64,000 bases of DNA from Bacteroidota bacterium (GTDB lineage: Bacteria > Bacteroidota > Ignavibacteria > SZUA-365): positions 32,063 through 96,062 of the forward strand of contig JAEYUG010000119.1 of assembly GCA_023432805.1 (NCBI GenBank), read 5' to 3'. The stretch's first letter is position 1. Each line of letters opens with the position of its first letter. Of the stretch, positions 47,128 to 55,595 are shown one piece after another. Both the position numbers and the translations under genes were made by a program. The notes beneath the pieces were generated by a model. It did no database searches. It was not told where the DNA came from and worked only from the letters and a program-made list of their open reading frames with translations.

Positions 47128-50100
47128 TTATTTGAGGAGGGTCATGCTGCGAACGATGCGCATGCCGTCGAATTCGAGAACCACGTGATACAAACCTGCT
47201 GCAAGTCCTGCTGCGTCAAACACCACCGAATACGTTCCGGCGGTCTGCATGCCGCGAACGGGTTCGGAAACGAGCTGCCCGATGCCGTTGAAGATGCGCA
47301 TGCGTGCCTGCCCGGTTGCGGGCAGCGTGTAGCGCACCGTGGTCGAGGGATTGAAGGGATTCGGGTAATTCTGCGCGAGCACGAAGGCACCAGGATGTGC
47401 GTCGATCTGCGAAACCGATGTGATCGCCTCCGTGTCGAGGATCTCGAAATCATCGACCGCCGCTTCGATGAGCGAGCCCTCGTCGAGATCCGAAGCCTCG
47501 AAGACCACGCGGAACTGATCGGTCAGATCGACCAGATCACGCAATCGCACGATGACCGGTTTCCATGACGCGTCCGACTCCTTCGTATCCTCGAATACCT
47601 TCCACGTCGTACCACCATCGCTTGACACACGCACGATCCAGCTGTCGGTGCCCGGTGTGGCCCCTGCATCATTCGAGTACCAGCGATAGTAGCGCATGAC
47701 GGGATTCTTCATCGCGCTGACATCGTAGATGCGTGTGCGCAGATACGTCGTTCCATCATCGACATCGGCCTCGCCGAGCTGCCCCGCACTCGTACCGTTG
47801 CCCGTGACCCAGCACATCGTCTTTCCGGTGCCAGGTGTGCGATCAGCATTTGGCTGGACGTAGGGCACCGCCGGGGGCGTCCCGAGCGCGGAATTATATG
47901 TGCCCAGTGGTACTGCACGGATCCAGTTTCCCGTCACCGCATCTCCTGTGACAGACCATCCATCCGCAGCCTCCGCATCGTGACGTTCCTTGAGCGTGTA
48001 ACCGACAAGGAACTGGTAGGAGGATGATGGTGCGCGGAGGGGACTGCGTGCAATCGAACCGAAATTGTCGACCGCCTCGATGTAGTAGCGTACGATCGAT
48101 CCCGCAGGCTGCTGGGGGAAGCTTCCGCTGATCGCCTTCGTCTGTGCGTTGTACGTCACCGTGGCGGAGGCCGACGTCTGCCAGTTGTCGGTCGAATACA
48201 CGACTCGCACATCCTGAATGGAGATCAGACTCGTATTGAGTGACACCGCCAGGCTGACCGTGCCATTCATCGGATATCCGTTCACCGCGTCGTTCTGGTC
48301 GGAGAGGCCATTGTGCGTGACGGTGATGCCCGAGGCTGGAATGCCGTGCTTCATGAATGCGGGAACGATCGCCGATGAGTTCGGTGTGCCGTTGGCCAGA
48401 TTCCCGTCGTCGTCGTCGGCCACAAGAAATTCCAGGAAGTAGTCGGCAAACGCCTCGCCCGTGTTCGTGCCGTCGGGCGTTCCGTACTTGACATAGTGGG
48501 CAAGATGCGTGGTGCGCTCGAGACCGATCGCCTTGCGCACGTCCCACACGGCGCCGGCGATGATCATGCCATCGGTGTGGATCTGATTGACCATGTCTTC
48601 GGGATATCGGAACGTGTTGTCGGAATTGCGGATGATACCCTGGTTGGGTCCGTTCTTCATGAACCCGATCCCGATACGGGGATCATCTGTCAGCATGTTC
48701 GCATTGATGTCGGCGGTTCCCTCGCCCAGCGCACCGTTGCGCATGCTCGTGTTCTTCAGCTTGCGGTAGGAGAACGTATTCAATGCATGCCCGAACTCGT
48801 GGTAGATGACATCACTGATCTCCGCAGTATTGCCACAACTGGCGCTCTGCGCGAAGAAGTTCACCGTGGTCCCGTTCCAGTTTGCATTGCACTCGTCGGC
48901 GATGTTCACCACACCGATCATCTGGCGGTCGAGATCCGCCAGCGTACCCGTGGGATCAATGGAACGGATCCAATTGCGAACACGAGTGAGATGGTACAGG
49001 AGATTTCGCTCCGATGCCACGGAGTTCGTGTTGTTCCAGACAATCTCGAAATCCTGTCCCGCAGTCGCTGTCATGTTCACCACGGCATTTTTCACGGTGC
49101 CGTTCGTGGTGGTATCGGCGCGGCGTGCACGGGCCCAGGGACCCGTCAACCGCGCAACAACAGGCGCAGAGGTATTGACGCCGAGATCCGCAGTGAAACG
49201 GCCGTCGGCGTCTGTCGTATACATGACTCCACCGATACTGACGTAGGCGTTCGCAAGTGGCACCGTCTGCTCCCCGGTCAACCAGGATTGAGGATAGATG
49301 GTGATCATCACGCGTCCATTCACCAGCGTCGCGGTGCCGTTTGGACCGCCGTTCTTTTCGGAAAAATGATGGACGAGATTTCGTCTCCAGAGTACTGTTC
49401 CTGAATGCGCGTCGACATACGTGTCCCACACATGATGCGCATCCGTCTGCACGGTGACATTGCGCACGAGCCTGTGTTCAGTGTGCGAGGTGTAGTTGAG
49501 CGGAAGAATGGCGAGCTGACCATCTTCATATGCAAATGTCCGTGGATCGCCTTCAAGTCCGGCAGCTGCAAATGCCCGGGCGGCCTCGACCGACAGGGAA
49601 GGGGTCGTGTTCACCTGCACACTGGCGAAGGCGTCGCTTCCGAACAGGAAGACGCGGCCACCCCGTGTGATGCGCAGGTCGACTTCCGCATGCAGCACAT
49701 CGATTCCCTCGACCTGCTGGACGTACTTGAGGTACACCGTGTTGTTTGCGATCTCCGCATACATCAGGCGCAGGGATGTGGGGTCGACGCCCAGCACTGC
49801 AGCATGATCCGAAAGGAAGCGCGCACCGGCCACTGGGGCACTCGGCAGGGTGATGTTGTGGAATCCGTCGATCTGGATTCCGTTTCCCCACGCGCGATGG
49901 GGTGTGCCGGTCCGCTCATTCATACGGAACTGCCAAGCGGCGTTCCTGGCGGCGAAGGTGTGCAACGCAGCGTTCGTCTTGGAGAGGGAACCATGCTGCA
50001 GAATCGTGATGGGGGTTCCAACCTGCCCTTCATCGGGGAGGGGGACATGGGCGGCAAGTTCATCGCCGTGCGCGTGGACACGTGATGAGAACATCACGAA

Positions 50101-50139
50101 CAACGTGATGACGAGCAGGGGGATGAGGCCAGACTTCAT
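47128..50139 (-). CDS. Secreted thermolysin-like zinc metalloprotease, paralog of 44097..47117, with T9SS C-terminal domain
   Basis: Internal ATG of ORF 47128..50232, preceded by GAGGAG. Signal peptide MKSGLIPLLVITLFVMFSSRVHA|HGDE. ECNANWNGTTVNF...DVIYHEFGHALNTF (HEFGH at 48787-48801)...GALGEGTADI. Asp-box SSDGGTTW at 47602-47625. C-terminus LAQNYPNPFNPSTTVRY...GLYHVVLEF. Confidence 0.85.
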   Translation of the reverse strand: MKSGLIPLLVITLFVMFSSRVHAHGDELAAHVPLPDEGQVGTPITILQHGSLSKTNAALHTFAARNAAWQFRMNERTGTPHRAWGNGIQIDGFHNITLPSAPVAGARFLSDHAAVLGVDPTSLRLMYAEIANNTVYLKYVQQVEGIDVLHAEVDLRITRGGRVFLFGSDAFASVQVNTTPSLSVEAARAFAAAGLEGDPRTFAYEDGQLAILPLNYTSHTEHRLVRNVTVQTDAHHVWDTYVDAHSGTVLWRRNLVHHFSEKNGGPNGTATLVNGRVMITIYPQSWLTGEQTVPLANAYVSIGGVMYTTDADGRFTADLGVNTSAPVVARLTGPWARARRADTTTNGTVKNAVVNMTATAGQDFEIVWNNTNSVASERNLLYHLTRVRNWIRSIDPTGTLADLDRQMIGVVNIADECNANWNGTTVNFFAQSASCGNTAEISDVIYHEFGHALNTFSYRKLKNTSMRNGALGEGTADINANMLTDDPRIGIGFMKNGPNQGIIRNSDNTFRYPEDMVNQIHTDGMIIAGAVWDVRKAIGLERTTHLAHYVKYGTPDGTNTGEAFADYFLEFLVADDDDGNLANGTPNSSAIVPAFMKHGIPASGITVTHNGLSDQNDAVNGYPMNGTVSLAVSLNTSLISIQDVRVVYSTDNWQTSASATVTYNAQTKAISGSFPQQPAGSIVRYYIEAVDNFGSIARSPLRAPSSSYQFLVGYTLKERHDAEAADGWSVTGDAVTGNWIRAVPLGTYNSALGTPPAVPYVQPNADRTPGTGKTMCWVTGNGTSAGQLGEADVDDGTTYLRTRIYDVSAMKNPVMRYYRWYSNDAGATPGTDSWIVRVSSDGGTTWKVFEDTKESDASWKPVIVRLRDLVDLTDQFRVVFEASDLDEGSLIEAAVDDFEILDTEAITSVSQIDAHPGAFVLAQNYPNPFNPSTTVRYTLPATGQARMRIFNGIGQLVSEPVRGMQTAGTYSVVFDAAGLAAGLYHVVLEFDGMRIVRSMTLLK
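47131..47388 (-). other. T9SS C-terminal sorting domain coding segment
   Basis: AFVLAQNYPNPFNPSTTVRYTLPATGQARMRIFNGIGQLVSE...LAAGLYHVVLEFDGMRIVRSMTLLK. Confidence 0.8.
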
Positions 50140-50188
50140 GCGCTCCTCGGGTGAAAATATGGTGATGGGGGGACCGTCAATCGCACTG

Positions 50189-50204
50189 TGCAGTGCCGTT
50201 TCCA
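50189..50204 (-). promoter_or_regulatory. Candidate sigma-54 (-24/-12) promoter upstream of the protease pair
   Basis: The minus strand reads cTGGAAAcggcacTGCAc. GG and GC sit at the canonical 12-nt register (consensus TGGCAC-N5-TTGCW). It lies about 50 nt upstream of the ATG at 50139. Confidence 0.35.
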
Positions 50205-50287
50205 GAACACACGCAGACGGGTTTTCGTTCATGCGTCGGCATGCGTGATGCTTGTTGTTTGCGATGCGTGGTCAGGACCACGTATTC

Positions 50288-50311
50288 AAGAAAAGACCGC
50301 CGGAATGCGGT
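50288..50311 (-). terminator. Weak rho-independent terminator after the ABC ATPase gene
   Basis: The minus strand reads ACCGCattccgGCGGTcttttctt: a 5-bp stem followed by a T-rich run. Confidence 0.35.
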
Positions 50312-50332
50312 GTTTGTTACAGACGCTGCATG

Positions 50333-51334
50333 TCACGCCACACCTGGATGCAACGATGCAACACGATCGATATTCCAACAGGCGACGGCATGGTGCCCGG
50401 TGACCTCGACCAGCTCGGGATCATGATTCACACATTGCTCGGAGGCGAACGAGCAGCGGGATGCGAAATTGCATCCCGCAGGGTAATGCTGTGGCCGCGG
50501 AACCTGCCCGGGAATGATGGAAAGGCGCTGTTGTGGGACGTGCGCAGACGGTATGGAATGCAACAGGCCGATGGTGTACGGATGCCGGGGTTTGAGGAAG
50601 AGATCGAGGACCGGTGCCGTCTCGACGATGTGCGACGCATACATGACGGCGACGCGGTCGCAGCTCTCTGCCACGACCGACAGATCATGCGTGATCAGTA
50701 GCACACCCATGCCAAACTCAACCTTCAGGTCATTGATGAGGTGGAGGATCTGCACCTGCAAACTTACATCGATGGCAGTGGTCGGCTCGTCCGCGATAAG
50801 GAATCCCGGCATGCATACAAGGCTCATCGCGATCAAGGCGCGCTGTCGCAATCCACCCGAAAGCTGATGCGGATATGCGTCGTAGATCCTTTCCGGATCC
50901 GGAACTCCGACGCGTTGCAGCATGTCAAGCGCACGGATTCGAGCTTCGCGCTTGCGAAGTTCCAAATGCACGAACAGCGATTCGGTGATTTGACGCCCGA
51001 TCGTCAACACAGGATTGAGGGCCGTCATCGGCTCCTGAAAAGCCATTGCGATATGCCGTCCGCGCAGCATGCGCATTTCCTCGTCATCGAGGCGCATGAG
51101 GTCGACACCATCGAGCAGGATTTCACCCGAGACGATGCGTCCGTTTGGAGGAAGCAGACGCATGAGCGCAAGCGCCGTGACGGTCTTGCCGCATCCGGAC
51201 TCGCCGACGAGTCCGAGGGTTTCTCCGCGGTTAACGTGAAAGTGGAGTTGTTGGACGGCGGGAGCAGGACCATCATACGTGTCGAACACAACCGCGAGGT
51301 TGCGTACATCGACAACGGGATGATCTACACTCAT
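50333..51334 (-). CDS. ABC transporter ATP-binding protein, Dpp/Opp (oligopeptide) type
   Basis: 333 aa. Walker A GESGCGKT. Signature LSGGLRQRALIAMSL. Walker B FLIADEPTTAIDV. C-terminal oligopeptide-type extension KPRHPYTIGLL...CNFASRC. Confidence 0.9.
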   Translation of the reverse strand: MSVDHPVVDVRNLAVVFDTYDGPAPAVQQLHFHVNRGETLGLVGESGCGKTVTALALMRLLPPNGRIVSGEILLDGVDLMRLDDEEMRMLRGRHIAMAFQEPMTALNPVLTIGRQITESLFVHLELRKREARIRALDMLQRVGVPDPERIYDAYPHQLSGGLRQRALIAMSLVCMPGFLIADEPTTAIDVSLQVQILHLINDLKVEFGMGVLLITHDLSVVAESCDRVAVMYASHIVETAPVLDLFLKPRHPYTIGLLHSIPSAHVPQQRLSIIPGQVPRPQHYPAGCNFASRCSFASEQCVNHDPELVEVTGHHAVACWNIDRVASLHPGVA

Positions 51335-51439
51335 GCTGAGGCGTCTGGAGTGAGGAAACGGTGGGGAGGAAATCTCACATTCTCAAATGTACCAAGGGTA
51401 AGACCCAATTCAAATCTATTTCGGGAGCATCATGTCCGG

Positions 51440-51471
51440 TTTGTACGCGCCTGCCGATGAACGTATTTTTC
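51440..51471 (+). promoter_or_regulatory. Candidate Bacteroidetes-type promoter (TTTG-N20-TAttTTTc) for the carboxyltransferase operon
   Basis: TTTG at 51440-51443, a 20-nt spacer, then TATTTTTC at 51464-51471, about 30 nt before the ATG at 51501. Supports the internal start over the ORF-track start at 51432. Confidence 0.3.
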
Positions 51472-51500
51472 ACGGTCCCTTTCACCAAATCGACACAGCG

Positions 51501-53132
51501 ATGACCGATCCGCAATTCCTCGAAAACGAAGATGCAATGAAGAATCAATTGCGCGTCCTCAAGGCGCGTGAGGAGACCGTTGCACTCGGCGGTGGTGCGA
51601 AGGCGATCGACCGGCATCATGCGCGGGGAAAACTCACTGCTCGGGAGCGCATTGCCGCATTGGTCGATGAGGGGACACGTCCCCTCGAGATCGGGTTGTT
51701 CACGGCATATGGCATGTATGAGGAGCACGGGGGTGCTCCGAGCGCAGGCACCGTTGTCGTGATCGGTTCAGTACACGGGCGGGATTGCATCATCGTCGCC
51801 AACGACGCGACAGTGAAGGCTGGCGCGTGGTTTCCAATCACCGCCAAGAAAAACCTCCGCGCGCAGGAAATCGCGCTCGAGAACAATCTTCCCATCATAT
51901 ACCTGGTGGATTCGGCGGGCGTGTTCCTGCCGATGCAGGATGACATCTTTCCAGACAAGGAACATTTCGGTCGCATCTTCCGGAACAATGCGATCATGTC
52001 GTCGAAGGGCATCATCCAGATCGCGGCAATCATGGGCCATTGCGTGGCGGGAGGTGCATACCTGCCAATCATGAGCGACGAGGCCTTGATCGTCGAAGGC
52101 ACGGGCAGTGTGTTTCTTGCAGGATCCCACCTTGTGAAAGCGGCGATCGGCGAAGAGATCGACAATGAACACCTGGGCGGAGCCGGTGTGCATGCGCAGA
52201 TCAGCGGGGTGACCGACTACCGCATGCCCGACGACCAGACCTGCCTTGCCACAATCCGCAGTCTCGTTTCGAAGCTTGGCGCGCACCCCGTCGCGGGATT
52301 CGATCGCATCCCTGCGCGTCCGCCAGTGCGTCCCGCAACGGACGTGCTGGGGATCATGCCACGCGATCGCACAAAACCATTTGATGTGCATGAGCTGCTT
52401 GCATGCATCGTCGACGAGGGTGGTTTCGACGAATACAAGGCCGAGTACGGAAGAACGCTCATTTGTGCCTACGCCCGCATCGACGGCTGGGCGGTGGGCA
52501 TCGTCGCCAATCAACGCAAGATCGTTCGAAGCGGCAGGGGCGAAATGCAGGTCGGCGGCGTGATCTACAGCGACAGCGCCGACAAGGCGTCACGCTTCAT
52601 CATGAACTGCAACCAGAAGCGTATTCCTCTGCTGTTCCTGCAGGATGTGACCGGTTTCATGGTCGGCTCGCGTGCAGAGCACGGCGGCATCATCAAGGAT
52701 GGAGCCAAGATGGTCAACGCGGTTGCTAACTCGGTCGTGCCGAAGATCACGATCATAACAGGCAACAGCTATGGAGCCGGCAATTATGCCATGTGTGGGA
52801 AGGCGTATGATCCGCGCTTCATCTATGCCTGGCCTACCGCGCAGATCGCTGTCATGGGTGGCGCGCAGGCAAGCCGGACACTGCTCGAGATCCGCCTCTC
52901 GCAGATGGAACGCGATGGGAGACACATTTCGCCAGAAGAGCAGGAAGAGCTCCTGCGCTCGATCAAGGAACAGTATGCGACGCAGATGAGTCCCTACTAC
53001 GCAGCGGGACGCCTATGGATCGACGGCATCATCGATCCCGCCGAGACGCGAGCCGTCGTCTCGCATTGCATCCGGATCGCAAACAACAATCCCGACATGC
53101 CGCGATTCAATCCGGGTGTTCTACAGACGTGA
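51501..53132 (+). CDS. Acyl-CoA carboxylase carboxyltransferase (beta) subunit, MccB/PccB family (MccB-like)
   Basis: Internal ATG of ORF 51432..53132. GGGAKAIDRHHARGKLTARERIAALVDEGT...ANDATVKAGAWFP...NSYGAGNYAMCGKAYDPRFIYAWPTAQIAVMGG. Confidence 0.9.
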   Translation: MTDPQFLENEDAMKNQLRVLKAREETVALGGGAKAIDRHHARGKLTARERIAALVDEGTRPLEIGLFTAYGMYEEHGGAPSAGTVVVIGSVHGRDCIIVANDATVKAGAWFPITAKKNLRAQEIALENNLPIIYLVDSAGVFLPMQDDIFPDKEHFGRIFRNNAIMSSKGIIQIAAIMGHCVAGGAYLPIMSDEALIVEGTGSVFLAGSHLVKAAIGEEIDNEHLGGAGVHAQISGVTDYRMPDDQTCLATIRSLVSKLGAHPVAGFDRIPARPPVRPATDVLGIMPRDRTKPFDVHELLACIVDEGGFDEYKAEYGRTLICAYARIDGWAVGIVANQRKIVRSGRGEMQVGGVIYSDSADKASRFIMNCNQKRIPLLFLQDVTGFMVGSRAEHGGIIKDGAKMVNAVANSVVPKITIITGNSYGAGNYAMCGKAYDPRFIYAWPTAQIAVMGGAQASRTLLEIRLSQMERDGRHISPEEQEELLRSIKEQYATQMSPYYAAGRLWIDGIIDPAETRAVVSHCIRIANNNPDMPRFNPGVLQT

Positions 53133-53860
53133 TGCGCTTCCCGCTTGCCGTCGCAGCTGCAGCCGCATTGTGTCTGCATGCAGGATGCGCTCCACGGGTT
53201 GTTGGAATTGCTGATCACCGCCCCGAGCCCACGATTGCACAGGAGTTGCGCAACGCAGTGGTCCCGTCCACGATCTCACTCACCTATCAGCTCCGCCAGC
53301 ATCTCGCAGCACAGACACATGCAGCCGGTCCGCAGGGTCCTGCCGCACTCAGGCGCGAGCGTCGGCGAAGGGATCTTCGACGCCTCGACTCGTTGTATGT
53401 CGAAGCACTGGGTCGAAGCGACGGCAATGTCCATGAAGCCCTCTTTGCACTTTCGGTCGCGACGCTTCCCTACCATCGCTTTCCTGCCGTCCTGCCCCTT
53501 CTCGGCATTGGCGTCAGTGTTCCCGTATCCCTTGAATCCGAAGAGTCCTTCGCGCTTCGCATGCGCGCCTTGCCGTCGATGCTGTTCGACGACACGCCGC
53601 TGTCGGGTGACCGGGACAAGCTTCCACACTTCTTCGGCAGCGCATGGCTCAGTCTCATGATCGGCGTGCCGGATCTCGCTGCTGCATGTGGTGATGCCAT
53701 CGAAGTGCTCGAAACGATCTTCAAGCTCGAAGGAGCAAGCGATGCGCGTGATCGTACCATGAACCGTCTCGGTGTGCGTTTCGCCGAACGGCTTCGCCGA
53801 TCGCCCGCCACACTGCCGTCATCCATCATCCGCCGCGCACACGCCCTCACCACGAGATGA
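53132..53860 (+). CDS. Hypothetical lipoprotein
   Basis: Internal ATG of ORF 53015..53860, overlapping the upstream stop by 1 nt (TGATG). Lipobox MRFPLAVAAAAALCLHAGC. No family recognised. Confidence 0.5.
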   Translation: MRFPLAVAAAAALCLHAGCAPRVVGIADHRPEPTIAQELRNAVVPSTISLTYQLRQHLAAQTHAAGPQGPAALRRERRRRDLRRLDSLYVEALGRSDGNVHEALFALSVATLPYHRFPAVLPLLGIGVSVPVSLESEESFALRMRALPSMLFDDTPLSGDRDKLPHFFGSAWLSLMIGVPDLAAACGDAIEVLETIFKLEGASDARDRTMNRLGVRFAERLRRSPATLPSSIIRRAHALTTR

Positions 53861-55233
53861 CCATGATTCCACGCACCATCCTCGTCATTGACGACGAACA
53901 CAGCATTCGCGAGATGCTGCGCATGACACTCGAGTATGAGGGGTACACCGTGCTCGATGCCGCAGACGGCCCCACCGCGCTGGCAACGGTGGCTTCCGAT
54001 GCGCCGGATGCGGTGTTGCTCGATGTGAAGATGCATGGAATGGATGGGATGGAGGTGCTCGATGCGCTGCATGCATCCGAACCAGACATCCCCATCATCA
54101 TGCTCACCGGACATGGTACGATCGAGACCGCTGTGGAAGCCGTGCGACGCGGAGCCTTCGATTTTCTGTCAAAGCCGCCCGATCGCGACAAGATCCTGAT
54201 CACGCTGCGCAATGCGCTGACACAGCGCTCGCTGCTGCGCGAGAATGAAAGCATGCGCAGCGAACTCGGATCGCCCGGCACGATGGTGGGTGCCGCACCG
54301 TCGATCCGCGAGTTGCGGGAATCCATCGCCCGTGTAGCGCCGACCGATGCCTTCGTGCTCATCACCGGCGAAAATGGAACGGGGAAGGAGCTTGTCGCGC
54401 GCGCCGTGCATGCGGCGAGCCTGCGGGCACACCGGCCGATGATCGAGGTCAATTGTGCCGCGATTCCGAATGAGCTGATCGAATCGGAATTGTTCGGTCA
54501 TGAGAAGGGAGCGTTCACGGGCGCCGCAGCCCAGCGCATCGGGCGTTTCGAACAGGCCGATGGCGGGACGCTGCTGCTTGACGAGATCGGAGACATGAGC
54601 ATCCACGCACAGGCCAAGGTACTGCGTGTGCTCGAGGAGGGGACGTTCGAGCGCGTCGGTGGCACCCGGCAACTGCGCGTGGATGTGCGGGTGCTGGCCG
54701 CGACGAACAAGAATCTCCAGAAGGAAATTCGAGAGCAGCGGTTCCGTGAGGATCTGTATCATCGCCTCAATGTGATCCCCCTGCACGTACCGCCCCTGCG
54801 GGAACGGCGGGAGGATATCCCGATGCTGATCGCGCATTTCCTCGACGATGTGTGCCGGCGCAACAAGCTGCCCCCCCGCGTCTTCGACGCGTCGGCGATC
54901 CGCGTGCTGTCGCAGATGCACTGGCCGGGCAATGTGCGCGAACTGCGCAATGCGATCGAGCGACTTGCCATTCTTGTCAGCACCACCATTACCGCCGCCG
55001 ATGTTTCTCGCTTCGTGCAACCGGCGGGCGACGCGCTCGCACAGCTGCTCGATGCGGATCTGGAGTTCCAGACGTTCAAGGAACAAAGCGAGGCGTTGTA
55101 CCTGAAGCGACAGCTCGAGCGCTTCGAATGGAATGTCAGCCGCACCGCCGAGGAGATCGGCCTGCAACGCAGTCACCTCTATACGAAACTCAAACGGTAC
55201 GGCCTCGAGCGGGAGGGAATGCGGGAGGAATGA
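53857..55233 (+). CDS. Sigma-54-dependent response regulator (NtrC family)
   Basis: 458 aa. ATGA overlap with the lipoprotein gene. ILVIDDE...VLLDVKMHGMDG. Walker [24 protein letters not shown] (canonical GAFTGA). C-terminal HTH: VSRTAEEIGLQRSHLYTKLKRYG. Confidence 0.93.
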   Translation: MTMIPRTILVIDDEHSIREMLRMTLEYEGYTVLDAADGPTALATVASDAPDAVLLDVKMHGMDGMEVLDALHASEPDIPIIMLTGHGTIETAVEAVRRGAFDFLSKPPDRDKILITLRNALTQRSLLRENESMRSELGSPGTMVGAAPSIRELRESIARVAPTDAFVLITGENGTGKELVARAVHAASLRAHRPMIEVNCAAIPNELIESELFGHEKGAFTGAAAQRIGRFEQADGGTLLLDEIGDMSIHAQAKVLRVLEEGTFERVGGTRQLRVDVRVLAATNKNLQKEIREQRFREDLYHRLNVIPLHVPPLRERREDIPMLIAHFLDDVCRRNKLPPRVFDASAIRVLSQMHWPGNVRELRNAIERLAILVSTTITAADVSRFVQPAGDALAQLLDADLEFQTFKEQSEALYLKRQLERFEWNVSRTAEEIGLQRSHLYTKLKRYGLEREGMREE

Positions 55234-55280
55234 AACGCCTGCAGACCGGATGTGTTGCCGGACAGACCGCGCGCAGTCGG

Positions 55281-55595
55281 TCAGGTTCCTGCGGAAGTCG
55301 CTGTCCTGGCCGTGTCAAGCCTGCGATCGACGTCCTTGAGCAGACTGTCGAGTTCGGCAGGATGCCGCGCGTACCAGTCCATCGCTTGTTCGATGCGCAC
55401 GCGTGTCACCCCTTGCGTGCGAAGGATCGAATCGATCGCCGTGCGCGTGGCGAGGGAATCTCCGCGATGCAGTTCACCCAGCACCAGCATGTCTGCGTGA
55501 ATCCGCACCATGCGATCACGTTCAATCGGAGGCGCGTCGTTGTCGCAGGCCGCGCACAGCAGAGCACACATCATGACCACGCACGCCGCACGCAT
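55281..55595 (-). CDS. Small lipoprotein (DUF4296-like)
   Basis: Internal ATG of ORF 55281..55712. MRAACVVMMCALLCAACDNDAP (lipobox) followed by DRMVRIHADMLVLGEL. The start is uncertain because it overlaps the 5' end of the divergent EamA gene. Confidence 0.45.
   Translation of the reverse strand: MRAACVVMMCALLCAACDNDAPPIERDRMVRIHADMLVLGELHRGDSLATRTAIDSILRTQGVTRVRIEQAMDWYARHPAELDSLLKDVDRRLDTARTATSAGT

Noticed and set aside
47341-47375. A repeated about 25-nt DNA segment (GGATTGAAGGGATTCGGG[T/A]AATTCTG), also seen near 44335-44365 and in diverged form near 35690-35715. I considered a dispersed repeat or a CRISPR-like element.
   Set aside because: It is the coding sequence of the conserved (Y/F)PNPFNP motif of three T9SS C-terminal domains. 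There is no regular spacing and no array structure.
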